From positions 186,001-250,000 of IMG/VR virus record IMGVR_UViG_3300031951_000001: 64,000 bases of DNA. One strand, given 5' to 3'. Under the pieces are notes generated by a model. That model did no database searches. It was not told where the DNA came from and worked only from the letters and a program-made list of their open reading frames with translations. Positions within the stretch are counted from its first letter, which is position 1. Each line of letters opens with the position of its first letter. Positions 18,853 to 27,651 of this stretch are shown in pieces. Position numbers and translations under genes: made by a program.

Positions 18853-21729
18853 ATGTTGCAAATTATAACCATAGAAAGTGTCCATTTTGATGGTGAAATT
18901 GCGCAAATTTTATTCCAACCGTTTAATTCCGAACAAATAATTAATTTAGGTTCGGTAACATTACCTTATACATATGAACCCCCTATCGGTGTCGAAATAT
19001 ATGGTACTTACACGATATTGACACAGGAAGACCCGAGCTGCCCTTATTACATTACCGCACCTTATCCCACACCTACTAACACCCCAACTATATCTTTAAC
19101 AAAATCACAGACACCGACACCATCAATTACAAGCTCACCAACTTTAAGTTTAGACCCATGTAAAATACCATTAACACCCTCATCAACAGTTGAGCCAACT
19201 CCGACAAATTCAATAAAACCAACAAGAACTCCAACACCTACTAATAGTAAAATACCTTGTAGTCCTGACCCAACTCCGTCAAATACTCCAACTCCTAGTA
19301 TAACAAGAACTAACAAGCCAACTAGAACTCCGACCAAGACTCCAACTAAAACACCTACCAGTACTCCTTCTAATACCCCAACTATTAGTGTCACATCATC
19401 CAACACTCCTTCTAATACACCCACAAAAACAATTACAAAAACTCCAAGTTCAACAGTAACAAAAACACCAACCAATACCCCAACAAAAACAACCCAACCA
19501 ATTGCCCCAACAAAAACCCCAACTAAATCTGTTACACCTACAATCACAAACACAAAAACCAATACCCCGTCAATAACTCCTACTAAAACACCAGCATCAA
19601 CGACAACTCCTACAAAAACTATAGAACCAACCGCAACTCCACAGTCAATTGCGTCTTGTAATGATACGGTAAATATTAGAAATGGTAGTAGTGGTACTTA
19701 CACGTATGAAGTAGAATTTGGAAATGATACAGGACCGATTAAATTAAATTATAACGCGGTATCGGTACCTGATAGATTTACTGTAGTATGGGATGGAATT
19801 GAAGTGATAAATACAGGATTTGTTGGTTCTCCGACTTACGATTCACAATTAAATGCTCTTGGTTACCCTGGTGTTAGTGGTCCGGGTCGAGGTGTCGCCG
19901 CGTTCACCAAATCGTCCTCAACCCCAACTAGTGCATTTATAACAATATTAGCACCACTCCCCGGTACTGCATGGGATTTTAGTTTCTCATGTCCCGTACC
20001 TCCACCAACTCAAGCCCCTACCAAAACACCTACTTCAACTCGAGGAGCAACACCGACACCAACAAAAACATCCACTCCTACCAATACTTCTCAAGCGGCC
20101 CCACCACCTACTAAAACTCCAACTAAAACTTCAACACCAACAATGACAAGAACTCCGACAAATACACCAATAGGTCAGACACCAACAATGACAAGAACTC
20201 CGACAATGACTAAAACCCCAACGGTTACGCCTACATATACTTCGAGCGTAAATTGTTTCTGCTATAGAGTATTAACTAACCCAGGTATTGCTGTTGGTAG
20301 TTTATTTTACTACGACTGTTACACATCTCAATATGAGGAATCTCAAGTCTTATCGTCTAATACCACCACAACAATATGTGTACAATCTGGTTTCCAAATC
20401 TTTGAGAGTGGAGCGTATCCTGTATTAGTCGGTAATTGTTATGGTGGGCAGTGCATTCCTCTTACATCCACACCTACAACCACTAAAACTCCAACTAAAA
20501 CAATTGCACCATCTAGAACTCCGTCACACACTCCAACTAAAACCCCAACTCAAACTAGTTCTGATATTAATTTATCTTTGGGAGCAATATTCGGACCTGG
20601 CTCAACTATTATTGATTATGTATTGAGTGCTAGTAGAGTTTTATCTGAAACAATAACACTTTCATTCACAAATACTATTGGTGTAATAGTTGGTTCACCA
20701 ATTCAAGTTATCACGGGTGTAACAATAACTTCAGGTATGACTAGTGGGGTTACTCGAGTTACATTGGTTAACGATTTTTATAATCTATCCAAAATAAATT
20801 CATATTCAGGAATAACTTTAAACGGAAGCGGAGGAACATTTAATTACAACATAACTGAAACATCCATTTTCCCAACTAATACTCCAACACTAACTAAAAC
20901 ACCAACTAATACGCCAACCGTTACTACAACAAGAACTCCCGCCGCAACCCCAACAAAAACAATTCCACCTACTCAAACTCAATTCCCTGGACCAACGTCT
21001 ACTCCAACACAAACCCCAACTTTAACAGTTACAAAAACTATACCTCCAACTAAAACCCCAACTAGAACAGTAACTCCTACTTTAAGTATTAGTCCAACTA
21101 TAACTAAAACACCAACAGTAACAAGAACAAATACACCAACACCAACTAATACCGTAAGTATAACCCCTACAATAAGTAATACACCGTCTATTACACCTAC
21201 AATAACCGACACCCCAACAAATACACCTTCTATAACCCCTACTAAAACATCAACACCTTCAAATACACCAACAAAAACTAGTACCCCAACAAATACGCCA
21301 ACAAAAACTAGTACCCCAACAAATACGCCAACATTAAGTATAACACCAACAATAAGTAATACACCGACAATTACACCAACACCGGATTTATATCCTCCAA
21401 TAATTAATGGTGTTGATGTAACAATTACAATTACAGGTACTTCGGTTCAAATAGTTAATACGAATTTCATATATAATCGTATTTGGGTTTGGGATGGTCC
21501 GACTAATAACGCCGGTGATTTCCTTAATGAGATTGCACCTGGAGGAGGAATAGGAGATTGGCTTCCATTATCATTATTCACAACAGGTAAGATTGGTTTG
21601 TCTTATGTTGCACCTCCTACATACCAAACTTGTTATAGTATATACACGTTAGATATGGTAGATTGTTTGGCTCCATTACCAACTAGAACCCCAACAACCA
21701 CACCAACACCAACACCAAGTCCAATTTAA
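18853..21729 (+). CDS. Pro/Thr-rich (mucin-like) modular virion protein
   Basis: Much of the protein is TPT-type repeats. It has one Ig-like and one Cys-rich module shared with the two upstream genes and is preceded by the variant motif TAATTATA (18837-18844). Confidence 0.6.
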   Translation: MLQIITIESVHFDGEIAQILFQPFNSEQIINLGSVTLPYTYEPPIGVEIYGTYTILTQEDPSCPYYITAPYPTPTNTPTISLTKSQTPTPSITSSPTLSLDPCKIPLTPSSTVEPTPTNSIKPTRTPTPTNSKIPCSPDPTPSNTPTPSITRTNKPTRTPTKTPTKTPTSTPSNTPTISVTSSNTPSNTPTKTITKTPSSTVTKTPTNTPTKTTQPIAPTKTPTKSVTPTITNTKTNTPSITPTKTPASTTTPTKTIEPTATPQSIASCNDTVNIRNGSSGTYTYEVEFGNDTGPIKLNYNAVSVPDRFTVVWDGIEVINTGFVGSPTYDSQLNALGYPGVSGPGRGVAAFTKSSSTPTSAFITILAPLPGTAWDFSFSCPVPPPTQAPTKTPTSTRGATPTPTKTSTPTNTSQAAPPPTKTPTKTSTPTMTRTPTNTPIGQTPTMTRTPTMTKTPTVTPTYTSSVNCFCYRVLTNPGIAVGSLFYYDCYTSQYEESQVLSSNTTTTICVQSGFQIFESGAYPVLVGNCYGGQCIPLTSTPTTTKTPTKTIAPSRTPSHTPTKTPTQTSSDINLSLGAIFGPGSTIIDYVLSASRVLSETITLSFTNTIGVIVGSPIQVITGVTITSGMTSGVTRVTLVNDFYNLSKINSYSGITLNGSGGTFNYNITETSIFPTNTPTLTKTPTNTPTVTTTRTPAATPTKTIPPTQTQFPGPTSTPTQTPTLTVTKTIPPTKTPTRTVTPTLSISPTITKTPTVTRTNTPTPTNTVSITPTISNTPSITPTITDTPTNTPSITPTKTSTPSNTPTKTSTPTNTPTKTSTPTNTPTLSITPTISNTPTITPTPDLYPPIINGVDVTITITGTSVQIVNTNFIYNRIWVWDGPTNNAGDFLNEIAPGGGIGDWLPLSLFTTGKIGLSYVAPPTYQTCYSIYTLDMVDCLAPLPTRTPTTTPTPTPSPI
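21268..21333 (+). repeat. Perfect 30-bp tandem repeat (2.2 copies) in a PT linker
   Basis: acaaaaactagtaccccaacaaatacgcca repeated exactly. Confidence 0.9.
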
Positions 21730-21732
21730 CAT

Positions 21733-21761
21733 TTGACAACCTAACCTTCAATATTTATAAT
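21733..21761 (+). promoter_or_regulatory. Consensus sigma70-type promoter TTGACA-N17-TATAAT, overlapped by a TATTTATA motif
   Basis: TTGACA 21733-38, 17-nt spacer, TATAAT 21756-61; TATTTATA at 21752-59; directly upstream of the polymerase gene. Confidence 0.8.
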
Positions 21762-21813
21762 TGATATAAAGGTAAATGTCGTAATTTCGCGGCAGCCAAT
21801 AAACCAATCAATT

Positions 21814-24642
21814 ATGATAAGTCAAGAAGAAATTAAATCGTTTCTAGAAGGAAACGACCCCGAAGAACATATCGTTGCCATAGAATTCGACTATGTTTCC
21901 GATTCTATATTCAAAATCAAAGAAATCCCTGGCAAAGGAAAAGAAATTAAAAAAGATACATTCGTAGCTTTCGCGTGGGTAGGTGACCTACGTGGTCTTA
22001 ACTTTTATCAATCATCAAAGGCCTTACAGAAAGAAGCCATGTCCAAGTACGGGATTATGATTGATAAACTCGAAACGGGGGATAATGACCGTATGGAGGA
22101 AGGTCTGAAGTTTATGGTTAAGTCCTTAAAGGGTTATCGCTCTCTCATTCAGTTTTTCAGAGATGGTGGTGTTGACCCGTGGGGAGAAAGAACCAAAGAC
22201 CTAATAATGATACTACCCCCCACCGAACAGTATCTCATCTCACGAGAAAAAAGATTATTCAAAGGATACGACGAATACAATGACATCACGAGGTTTGTAT
22301 TCGACTTAGAGACAACCGCACTCGAACCCAAAGACGGTCGTATATTCATGATTGGTATCAAGACAAACAAAGGATACCAAAAAGTAATTGAGTGTTCTAA
22401 TGAGGACGAGGAACGTCGTGGTCTTGTAGAATTCTTTAATATCATTGATGAATTAAAACCAAGTATTATAGGAGGTTACAATTCGGCGAACTTCGACTGG
22501 TATTGGATATTCGAGCGTTGTAAAGCTCTGAACCTCGAAATTAAAAGGATTTGTAAAACACTTAACCCAAAATATACAATTAAGGAAAGTGAGAACATGC
22601 TCAAACTTGCCAACGAAGTTGAAAGATACAACCAAGTTGGAATGTGGGGTTATAATGTAATTGACATTATACATTCTGTACGGAGAGCTCAAGCAATCAA
22701 TTCAAGTATCAAGTCTGCGGGTTTGAAATACATTACCCAATATATTGATGCCGAGTCCGAAGACCGAGTTTATATTGACCACACCGAGATTGGTCCGATG
22801 TATTCCAAAAAAGAAGAATATTGGTTAAACATTAAGAACGGAAAATACAAGAAGGCAAATAATCCTGAGTTTGATAACTTGGACGCAAGATTTCCTGGTA
22901 CATACATTAAGACAACAGGTGATGACATTGTGGAGAGATATCTTGACGATGACTTGGAGGAAACATTATTGGTTGACGAAGAATTCAATCAGGGTACATT
23001 CCTTCTCGCTTCACTTGTACCAACAACTTATGAGAGAGTATCCACTATGGGTACAGCTACTTTGTGGAAGATGTTGATGCTTGCGTGGAGTTATAAACAC
23101 AAACTCGCAATACCAAAGAAACAATCAAAGACAGATTTTGTGGGAGGATTGTCACGACTACTGAAAGTAGGATACTCAACCAAAGTATTAAAGCTCGACT
23201 ACTCGTCACTTTATCCTTCAATCCAACTTGTACATGATGTGTTTCCTGATTGTGATATTACAGGAGCGATGAAAGGTATGTTGTCATACTTCCGTAACTC
23301 TCGTATCATGTATAAAAACTTGGCGGCCGAGTGGTATGATAAAGATAAAAAGACATCACTCAAATACGATAGAAAACAGTTACCGATTAAGATTTTCATC
23401 AACTCAATGTTCGGAGCCTTGTCGGCACCACAGGTATTTGCGTGGGGTGATATGTATATGGGAGAACAGATTACATGTACAGGAAGACAATACCTTCGTA
23501 TGATGATTAAGTTCTTTATGAATAAGGGTTATACCCCCCTTGTAATGGATACCGATGGTGTTAACTTCTCAAAACCTGAAGGTGTGGAGGATAGAATTTA
23601 TATTGGTAAGGGTCTAAACTGGAAAGTTAAGGAGGGTAAAGAATATCGTGGTGATGATGCTGACGTTGCCGAGTTTAACGATACATTCATGAGAGGTGAA
23701 ATGGCGTTAGATACTGACGGTACTTGGCCATCTTGTATTAATCTCGCTCGTAAGAACTATGCGGTTATGGATGCGAAGGGTAAAATTAAACTCACGGGTA
23801 ATACAATTAAGTCAAAGAAACTCCCACTTTATATTGAAACGTTTTTGGACAAAGGAGTTAAACAATTACTCGAAGGTAAGGGTCAGGAGTTTATCGAGTG
23901 GTATTATGAATACGTTCAGAAAATTTATGATAAACAAATCCCACTCATGAAAATCGCCCAACGAGCCAAGGTTAAGTTAAGTATTGAGGATTATAGAAAA
24001 CGTTCGAAGGAAAAAACAAAAGCGGGTAATGAGATGTCAAGGATGGCCCACATGGAACTCGCAATTCGTGATAATATTGCGGTGAATCTTGGTGATGTTA
24101 TATATTATGTTAATAACGGTGTGAAAGCGTCTCACGGTGATGTTCAGAAAGTTAATGATAAGATGTCAAAGAAAGAAAAGGATGAGTACAGAGCAAAACA
24201 CGGTAAAGAACCGGTATTAGGTTCTCACATTCAACTTAATTGTTATCGTCTCGACCCAAGTGAGTTAGAAAACAATCCTGATATGACAGGTGATTACAAT
24301 GTGCCGAGAGCGATAGCAACATTTAACAAACGTATCGAACCGTTGTTGGTTGTCTTTAAAGAAGAAGTACGTGACGGTTTGATTGTTGATAATCCCGAGG
24401 ATAGAATGTTCTTTACCAAAGACCAATCAGAATTGATTAATGGATTACCATTTGAGAAGGGAGACCAAGATACGTTGGAAGAAGTTTTGACAATATCTGA
24501 ACCTGAAATGAGGTATTGGGAAAAACGAGGATTACATCCTGATTACATGTACGAACTTGCTTCTGAAGGGTGGAAAGAAAAATTAATCCATTTTGAGACC
24601 ATCGGAGGACAGAACGTACCAATGGTTACCAATGTTAATTAA
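21814..24642 (+). CDS. polB: Family B DNA polymerase with 3'-5' exonuclease domain
   Basis: ExoI FDLETT, ExoII YNSANFD, ExoIII YLDDD, motif A DYSSLYPS, motif B KIFINSMFG, motif C DTDG. Confidence 0.95.
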   Translation: MISQEEIKSFLEGNDPEEHIVAIEFDYVSDSIFKIKEIPGKGKEIKKDTFVAFAWVGDLRGLNFYQSSKALQKEAMSKYGIMIDKLETGDNDRMEEGLKFMVKSLKGYRSLIQFFRDGGVDPWGERTKDLIMILPPTEQYLISREKRLFKGYDEYNDITRFVFDLETTALEPKDGRIFMIGIKTNKGYQKVIECSNEDEERRGLVEFFNIIDELKPSIIGGYNSANFDWYWIFERCKALNLEIKRICKTLNPKYTIKESENMLKLANEVERYNQVGMWGYNVIDIIHSVRRAQAINSSIKSAGLKYITQYIDAESEDRVYIDHTEIGPMYSKKEEYWLNIKNGKYKKANNPEFDNLDARFPGTYIKTTGDDIVERYLDDDLEETLLVDEEFNQGTFLLASLVPTTYERVSTMGTATLWKMLMLAWSYKHKLAIPKKQSKTDFVGGLSRLLKVGYSTKVLKLDYSSLYPSIQLVHDVFPDCDITGAMKGMLSYFRNSRIMYKNLAAEWYDKDKKTSLKYDRKQLPIKIFINSMFGALSAPQVFAWGDMYMGEQITCTGRQYLRMMIKFFMNKGYTPLVMDTDGVNFSKPEGVEDRIYIGKGLNWKVKEGKEYRGDDADVAEFNDTFMRGEMALDTDGTWPSCINLARKNYAVMDAKGKIKLTGNTIKSKKLPLYIETFLDKGVKQLLEGKGQEFIEWYYEYVQKIYDKQIPLMKIAQRAKVKLSIEDYRKRSKEKTKAGNEMSRMAHMELAIRDNIAVNLGDVIYYVNNGVKASHGDVQKVNDKMSKKEKDEYRAKHGKEPVLGSHIQLNCYRLDPSELENNPDMTGDYNVPRAIATFNKRIEPLLVVFKEEVRDGLIVDNPEDRMFFTKDQSELINGLPFEKGDQDTLEEVLTISEPEMRYWEKRGLHPDYMYELASEGWKEKLIHFETIGGQNVPMVTNVN

Positions 24643-24930
24643 TTCTACACAGGCACCTTTTTTCATTTCGATTTCCTCGTAGTATTCATCAATGAGACCC
24701 GAGTTTGTCTTCAATAAAGTATTAGTAAGTGATTTAATAATAAGATGAGTAGTTGTAGTCCTGTCTAAAGTTAGTTGGCAGGATTCAACTTCTCTAACTA
24801 AAATTATATTTTCACCATTTGTGGTATATTCTGACTCGGAGATTGTTTTAATATTTAACTCACTATCAGTCGCAACAGTATATGTTGTTTTATCACCAAC
24901 TATTTTTCTAACGATATTAGATTTCTGCAT
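24583..24930 (-). CDS. Hypothetical protein (probably structural; follows neck gene)
   Basis: 115 aa; starts 2 nt after the neck gene stop; overlaps the polB 3' end by 60 nt. Confidence 0.65.
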   Translation of the reverse strand: MQKSNIVRKIVGDKTTYTVATDSELNIKTISESEYTTNGENIILVREVESCQLTLDRTTTTHLIIKSLTNTLLKTNSGLIDEYYEEIEMKKGACVELINIGNHWYVLSSDGLKMD

Positions 24931-24932
24931 AA

Positions 24933-26054
24933 TTAGATAACGTAAATTTGTCTTGGCATTGCTGTGAGTTTCTTAATCTTGTTAAGATTTTCAGCAATCA
25001 ACGCCTCTCTCTCCATTACTTTTTCAGGTTTAAGCCTTGTAAGACGACCTTCGGCACCTGTTAATTCTTCAATTAATTTTGTTTTTTCATCTTTGGCTTC
25101 GGTTGCTAAAGATTGATAATCCATTGTTAATTCAGAATCAGGTGTTTTGATGTTACCACTAAACTTACCACGAATTCTAGATAAAGTTTCTTTGGCGTAA
25201 GCAAAGAACCAACGACGAACCCAAATTTGAGCCGGATTATTTAAATCAACCCAATCAATTTTATTAAATGGTACATCAGAAGGTAATTTAATAATATCAG
25301 GATTATCCTTTAAACATTTATCTCTATCAGGACCACCAGCATCATAATACCAATACCATACCTTACCTCTCATCAATGTGGAGTTACCAAAGTCAAATTT
25401 ACCACCAGGTGTATTCATTAAGTGAATTGCCTTTTTACCTTCAGGTAAAGCGGTAACTCTATAAGTTAATTCACCGGCTATAATCCTTCTCTGAATATTA
25501 ATTTCCTGCATTCTTAATAACATATCGAATGCGGGCATCATAAAATATGAACCTGACATACCCATTTGTGCGAATCCACCAGGACCCCCAAAACCACCAC
25601 CACCTAAACCTCCAAAAGTCCAAGGGTCAAATAATAAGTTATTTAATTCTGATGGTGTAAACCACAACAATTCGTTTAGTTCACGACCTGCGGGTATTTC
25701 ATATATTTGTTGGTTTGGTACAAGTTGTATATAATCTTTTTGTAAAACCCAATCACCACCGGCCTGAAGACCAACTATTTTAGAATATGCGTAAGTGTAT
25801 CTTTCCTCAAAACCTTGGCTTTTAGTGATGAAAGCTTTAGCCAAAGATTGGGTATCTAAATTTAGATTATACAATGAAGTCCATTGACTCTCAATCAACC
25901 AATCTTGGATGTATTGTGAATAATCGTCAATAGATAGTTGTAAAAGTGAGTCGAGTTGCTCGTCCTCTAATTCAACACTACGTAACGGAGCTCCTAACAA
26001 GTGTTTTAATCTTGTATATAACTCACTTCTTTCTGGTTCTGCGATTACGGCCAT
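24933..26054 (-). CDS. Neck/head-completion protein (T4 gp13-like)
   Basis: N-terminal LLGAPLRSVELEDEQLD resembles gp13 LGAPxxxVE; C-terminal YAKETLSRIRGKF; TATTTATA on the minus strand at 26069-26076. Confidence 0.7.
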   Translation of the reverse strand: MAVIAEPERSELYTRLKHLLGAPLRSVELEDEQLDSLLQLSIDDYSQYIQDWLIESQWTSLYNLNLDTQSLAKAFITKSQGFEERYTYAYSKIVGLQAGGDWVLQKDYIQLVPNQQIYEIPAGRELNELLWFTPSELNNLLFDPWTFGGLGGGGFGGPGGFAQMGMSGSYFMMPAFDMLLRMQEINIQRRIIAGELTYRVTALPEGKKAIHLMNTPGGKFDFGNSTLMRGKVWYWYYDAGGPDRDKCLKDNPDIIKLPSDVPFNKIDWVDLNNPAQIWVRRWFFAYAKETLSRIRGKFSGNIKTPDSELTMDYQSLATEAKDEKTKLIEELTGAEGRLTRLKPEKVMEREALIAENLNKIKKLTAMPRQIYVI

Positions 26055-26076
26055 ATTGGTGTTTTATATATAAATA

Positions 26077-27618
26077 TCAACCCAATGTATAAATTAAATT
26101 GTTCTTATCGAATGTGTAATTACCGTCAACAATTTTTGTATCCGAGTTATCAAATACTAAAATACCATCAGGACCACCCTCAAAAATAATCCAATCAGTC
26201 GAATAAACTTTTACTTGTCCTGTATCTAACATTGAAACCAAATTTTCATCGACAACTTTAACCGTTTTATATGGTTTTATTTGAGCGGTATATTCTTCAC
26301 CATCAATAATGATGATACAATCAACACCCATTATCATGTCAGATTTGGCACCTAACTCGCCAATCTTTTTAACATTTTTGTCTCCGAATTTTTCCTTGAG
26401 TTTCTTAACTACTAAATCTTCTCTGGCGTCACCGGCTTTGTTGGTCGAACCTAATATTGCCATGACATTTTGAAATGTGCCTGACTTTGATGAAAAAATT
26501 CTGTCTTTATATTCATCGAGTATTCTAACAAATTTTTTGGTCTCACTAACTTGTTGAGCCGGTGGTAATCCGATTAATTGTAATTCGGGTCTTCTTTCAT
26601 ATCTTAATACTGAATTCAAGTCGTGATATAAAACACAGAACGCATTGTAGTTGGTATTCAGTTTGTTAATTACCGAACGTCCTCTGTTTTCTAAATCAAA
26701 AATACCCGACATAGAACCTTCGGCGTATTCCCCATTCTCATACCAATTATCAGGAAACACTGACTTTAAAATTGACTCGATACCATAACGAAATGTGTTC
26801 TTAACTGCGGGATTGATATTAAAAATCATTCTTATCTCCTCAACTTTTTCTCTCGAACATCTTTCTGACTTACCTTCAGTGATAAGTTTTTTCATAACGG
26901 TGCTCTCGTTGATTTTTGTCTTGAGTTTCATTTCGTATAGTTTATTAACAAATTCCCAATTCACAACTTTCCAAAAGTTTGAAATGTATTCGTCTCGTTT
27001 GTTTCTGTATTTCAAATAATATGCGTGCTCCCAAAGGTCTAATCCAAGTATCGGATATCCACCACCCTTAACAACATTCATTAAGGGGTTGTCTTGGTTT
27101 GGGGTTGTTAAAATCTTTAACGTGTTTCTTTTTGTAAGAACCAACCAAACCCAACCTGAACCAAAACGTTCTTTTGCTTTTTCCTCAAATTGTTTTTTGA
27201 ATTCAACATAACTACCAAAATCACTTTTTATTTTATCTAAAATCTTACCATTAGCTTTTTGTGTTTTTGGCGATAACATCTTCCAAAACAATGCGTGGTT
27301 AAATGCCCCACCGGCATTGTCTCTGACTGTTTTATTGAATCGACTAATTGATTTAACAATTTGTTCTAATTCTAAATCTCCGTAATCTTTTTTTGATAAA
27401 GCTTTGTTTAACTTTTCAACATAACCTTTGTAGTGTTTGTTGTAATGTACATCCATCGTTTCAGAATCGATGAATGATTTTAAGGATGAATAGGCGTAAG
27501 GTAATTTTTCAATACCTATGTTTTTCATTTCGGTGAGTAAAGTTTGACTCGACTCGACCTTTTCTTCTTTCAAAATTGATTTGGTTAAGGTGTCTATTTT
27601 TTTTTCTATGTTCTTCAT
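26077..27618 (-). CDS. sod: Fe/Mn superoxide dismutase fused to a C-terminal PD-(D/E)xK-like domain
   Basis: LPYAYSSL, TMDVHYNKH, NAGGAFNHALFW, FGSGWVWL, NQDNP, DLWEHAYY (all four metal ligands present). About 270 extra C-terminal aa contain GVD...TAQIK. TATTTATA on the minus strand at 27635-27642. Confidence 0.9.
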   Translation of the reverse strand: MKNIEKKIDTLTKSILKEEKVESSQTLLTEMKNIGIEKLPYAYSSLKSFIDSETMDVHYNKHYKGYVEKLNKALSKKDYGDLELEQIVKSISRFNKTVRDNAGGAFNHALFWKMLSPKTQKANGKILDKIKSDFGSYVEFKKQFEEKAKERFGSGWVWLVLTKRNTLKILTTPNQDNPLMNVVKGGGYPILGLDLWEHAYYLKYRNKRDEYISNFWKVVNWEFVNKLYEMKLKTKINESTVMKKLITEGKSERCSREKVEEIRMIFNINPAVKNTFRYGIESILKSVFPDNWYENGEYAEGSMSGIFDLENRGRSVINKLNTNYNAFCVLYHDLNSVLRYERRPELQLIGLPPAQQVSETKKFVRILDEYKDRIFSSKSGTFQNVMAILGSTNKAGDAREDLVVKKLKEKFGDKNVKKIGELGAKSDMIMGVDCIIIIDGEEYTAQIKPYKTVKVVDENLVSMLDTGQVKVYSTDWIIFEGGPDGILVFDNSDTKIVDGNYTFDKNNLIYTLG

Positions 27619-27651
27619 TTGAAGCTTATTTTTCTATAAATAAGCCGAAGG

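Noticed and set aside
9054-21212. Minus-strand Val/Gly-rich ORFs (VGVGV...)
   Set aside because: They are antisense shadows of Thr/Pro codon repeats (ACN/CCN), with no independent start signals.
10912-21333. 30-bp repeats as a CRISPR array
   Set aside because: Tandem with no spacers, in frame, and encoding PT linkers.
3391-21729. Diversity-generating retroelement acting on the fibre genes
   Set aside because: No reverse transcriptase in the window, and I saw no TR/VR pair differing only at adenines. I could not run an exhaustive alignment.
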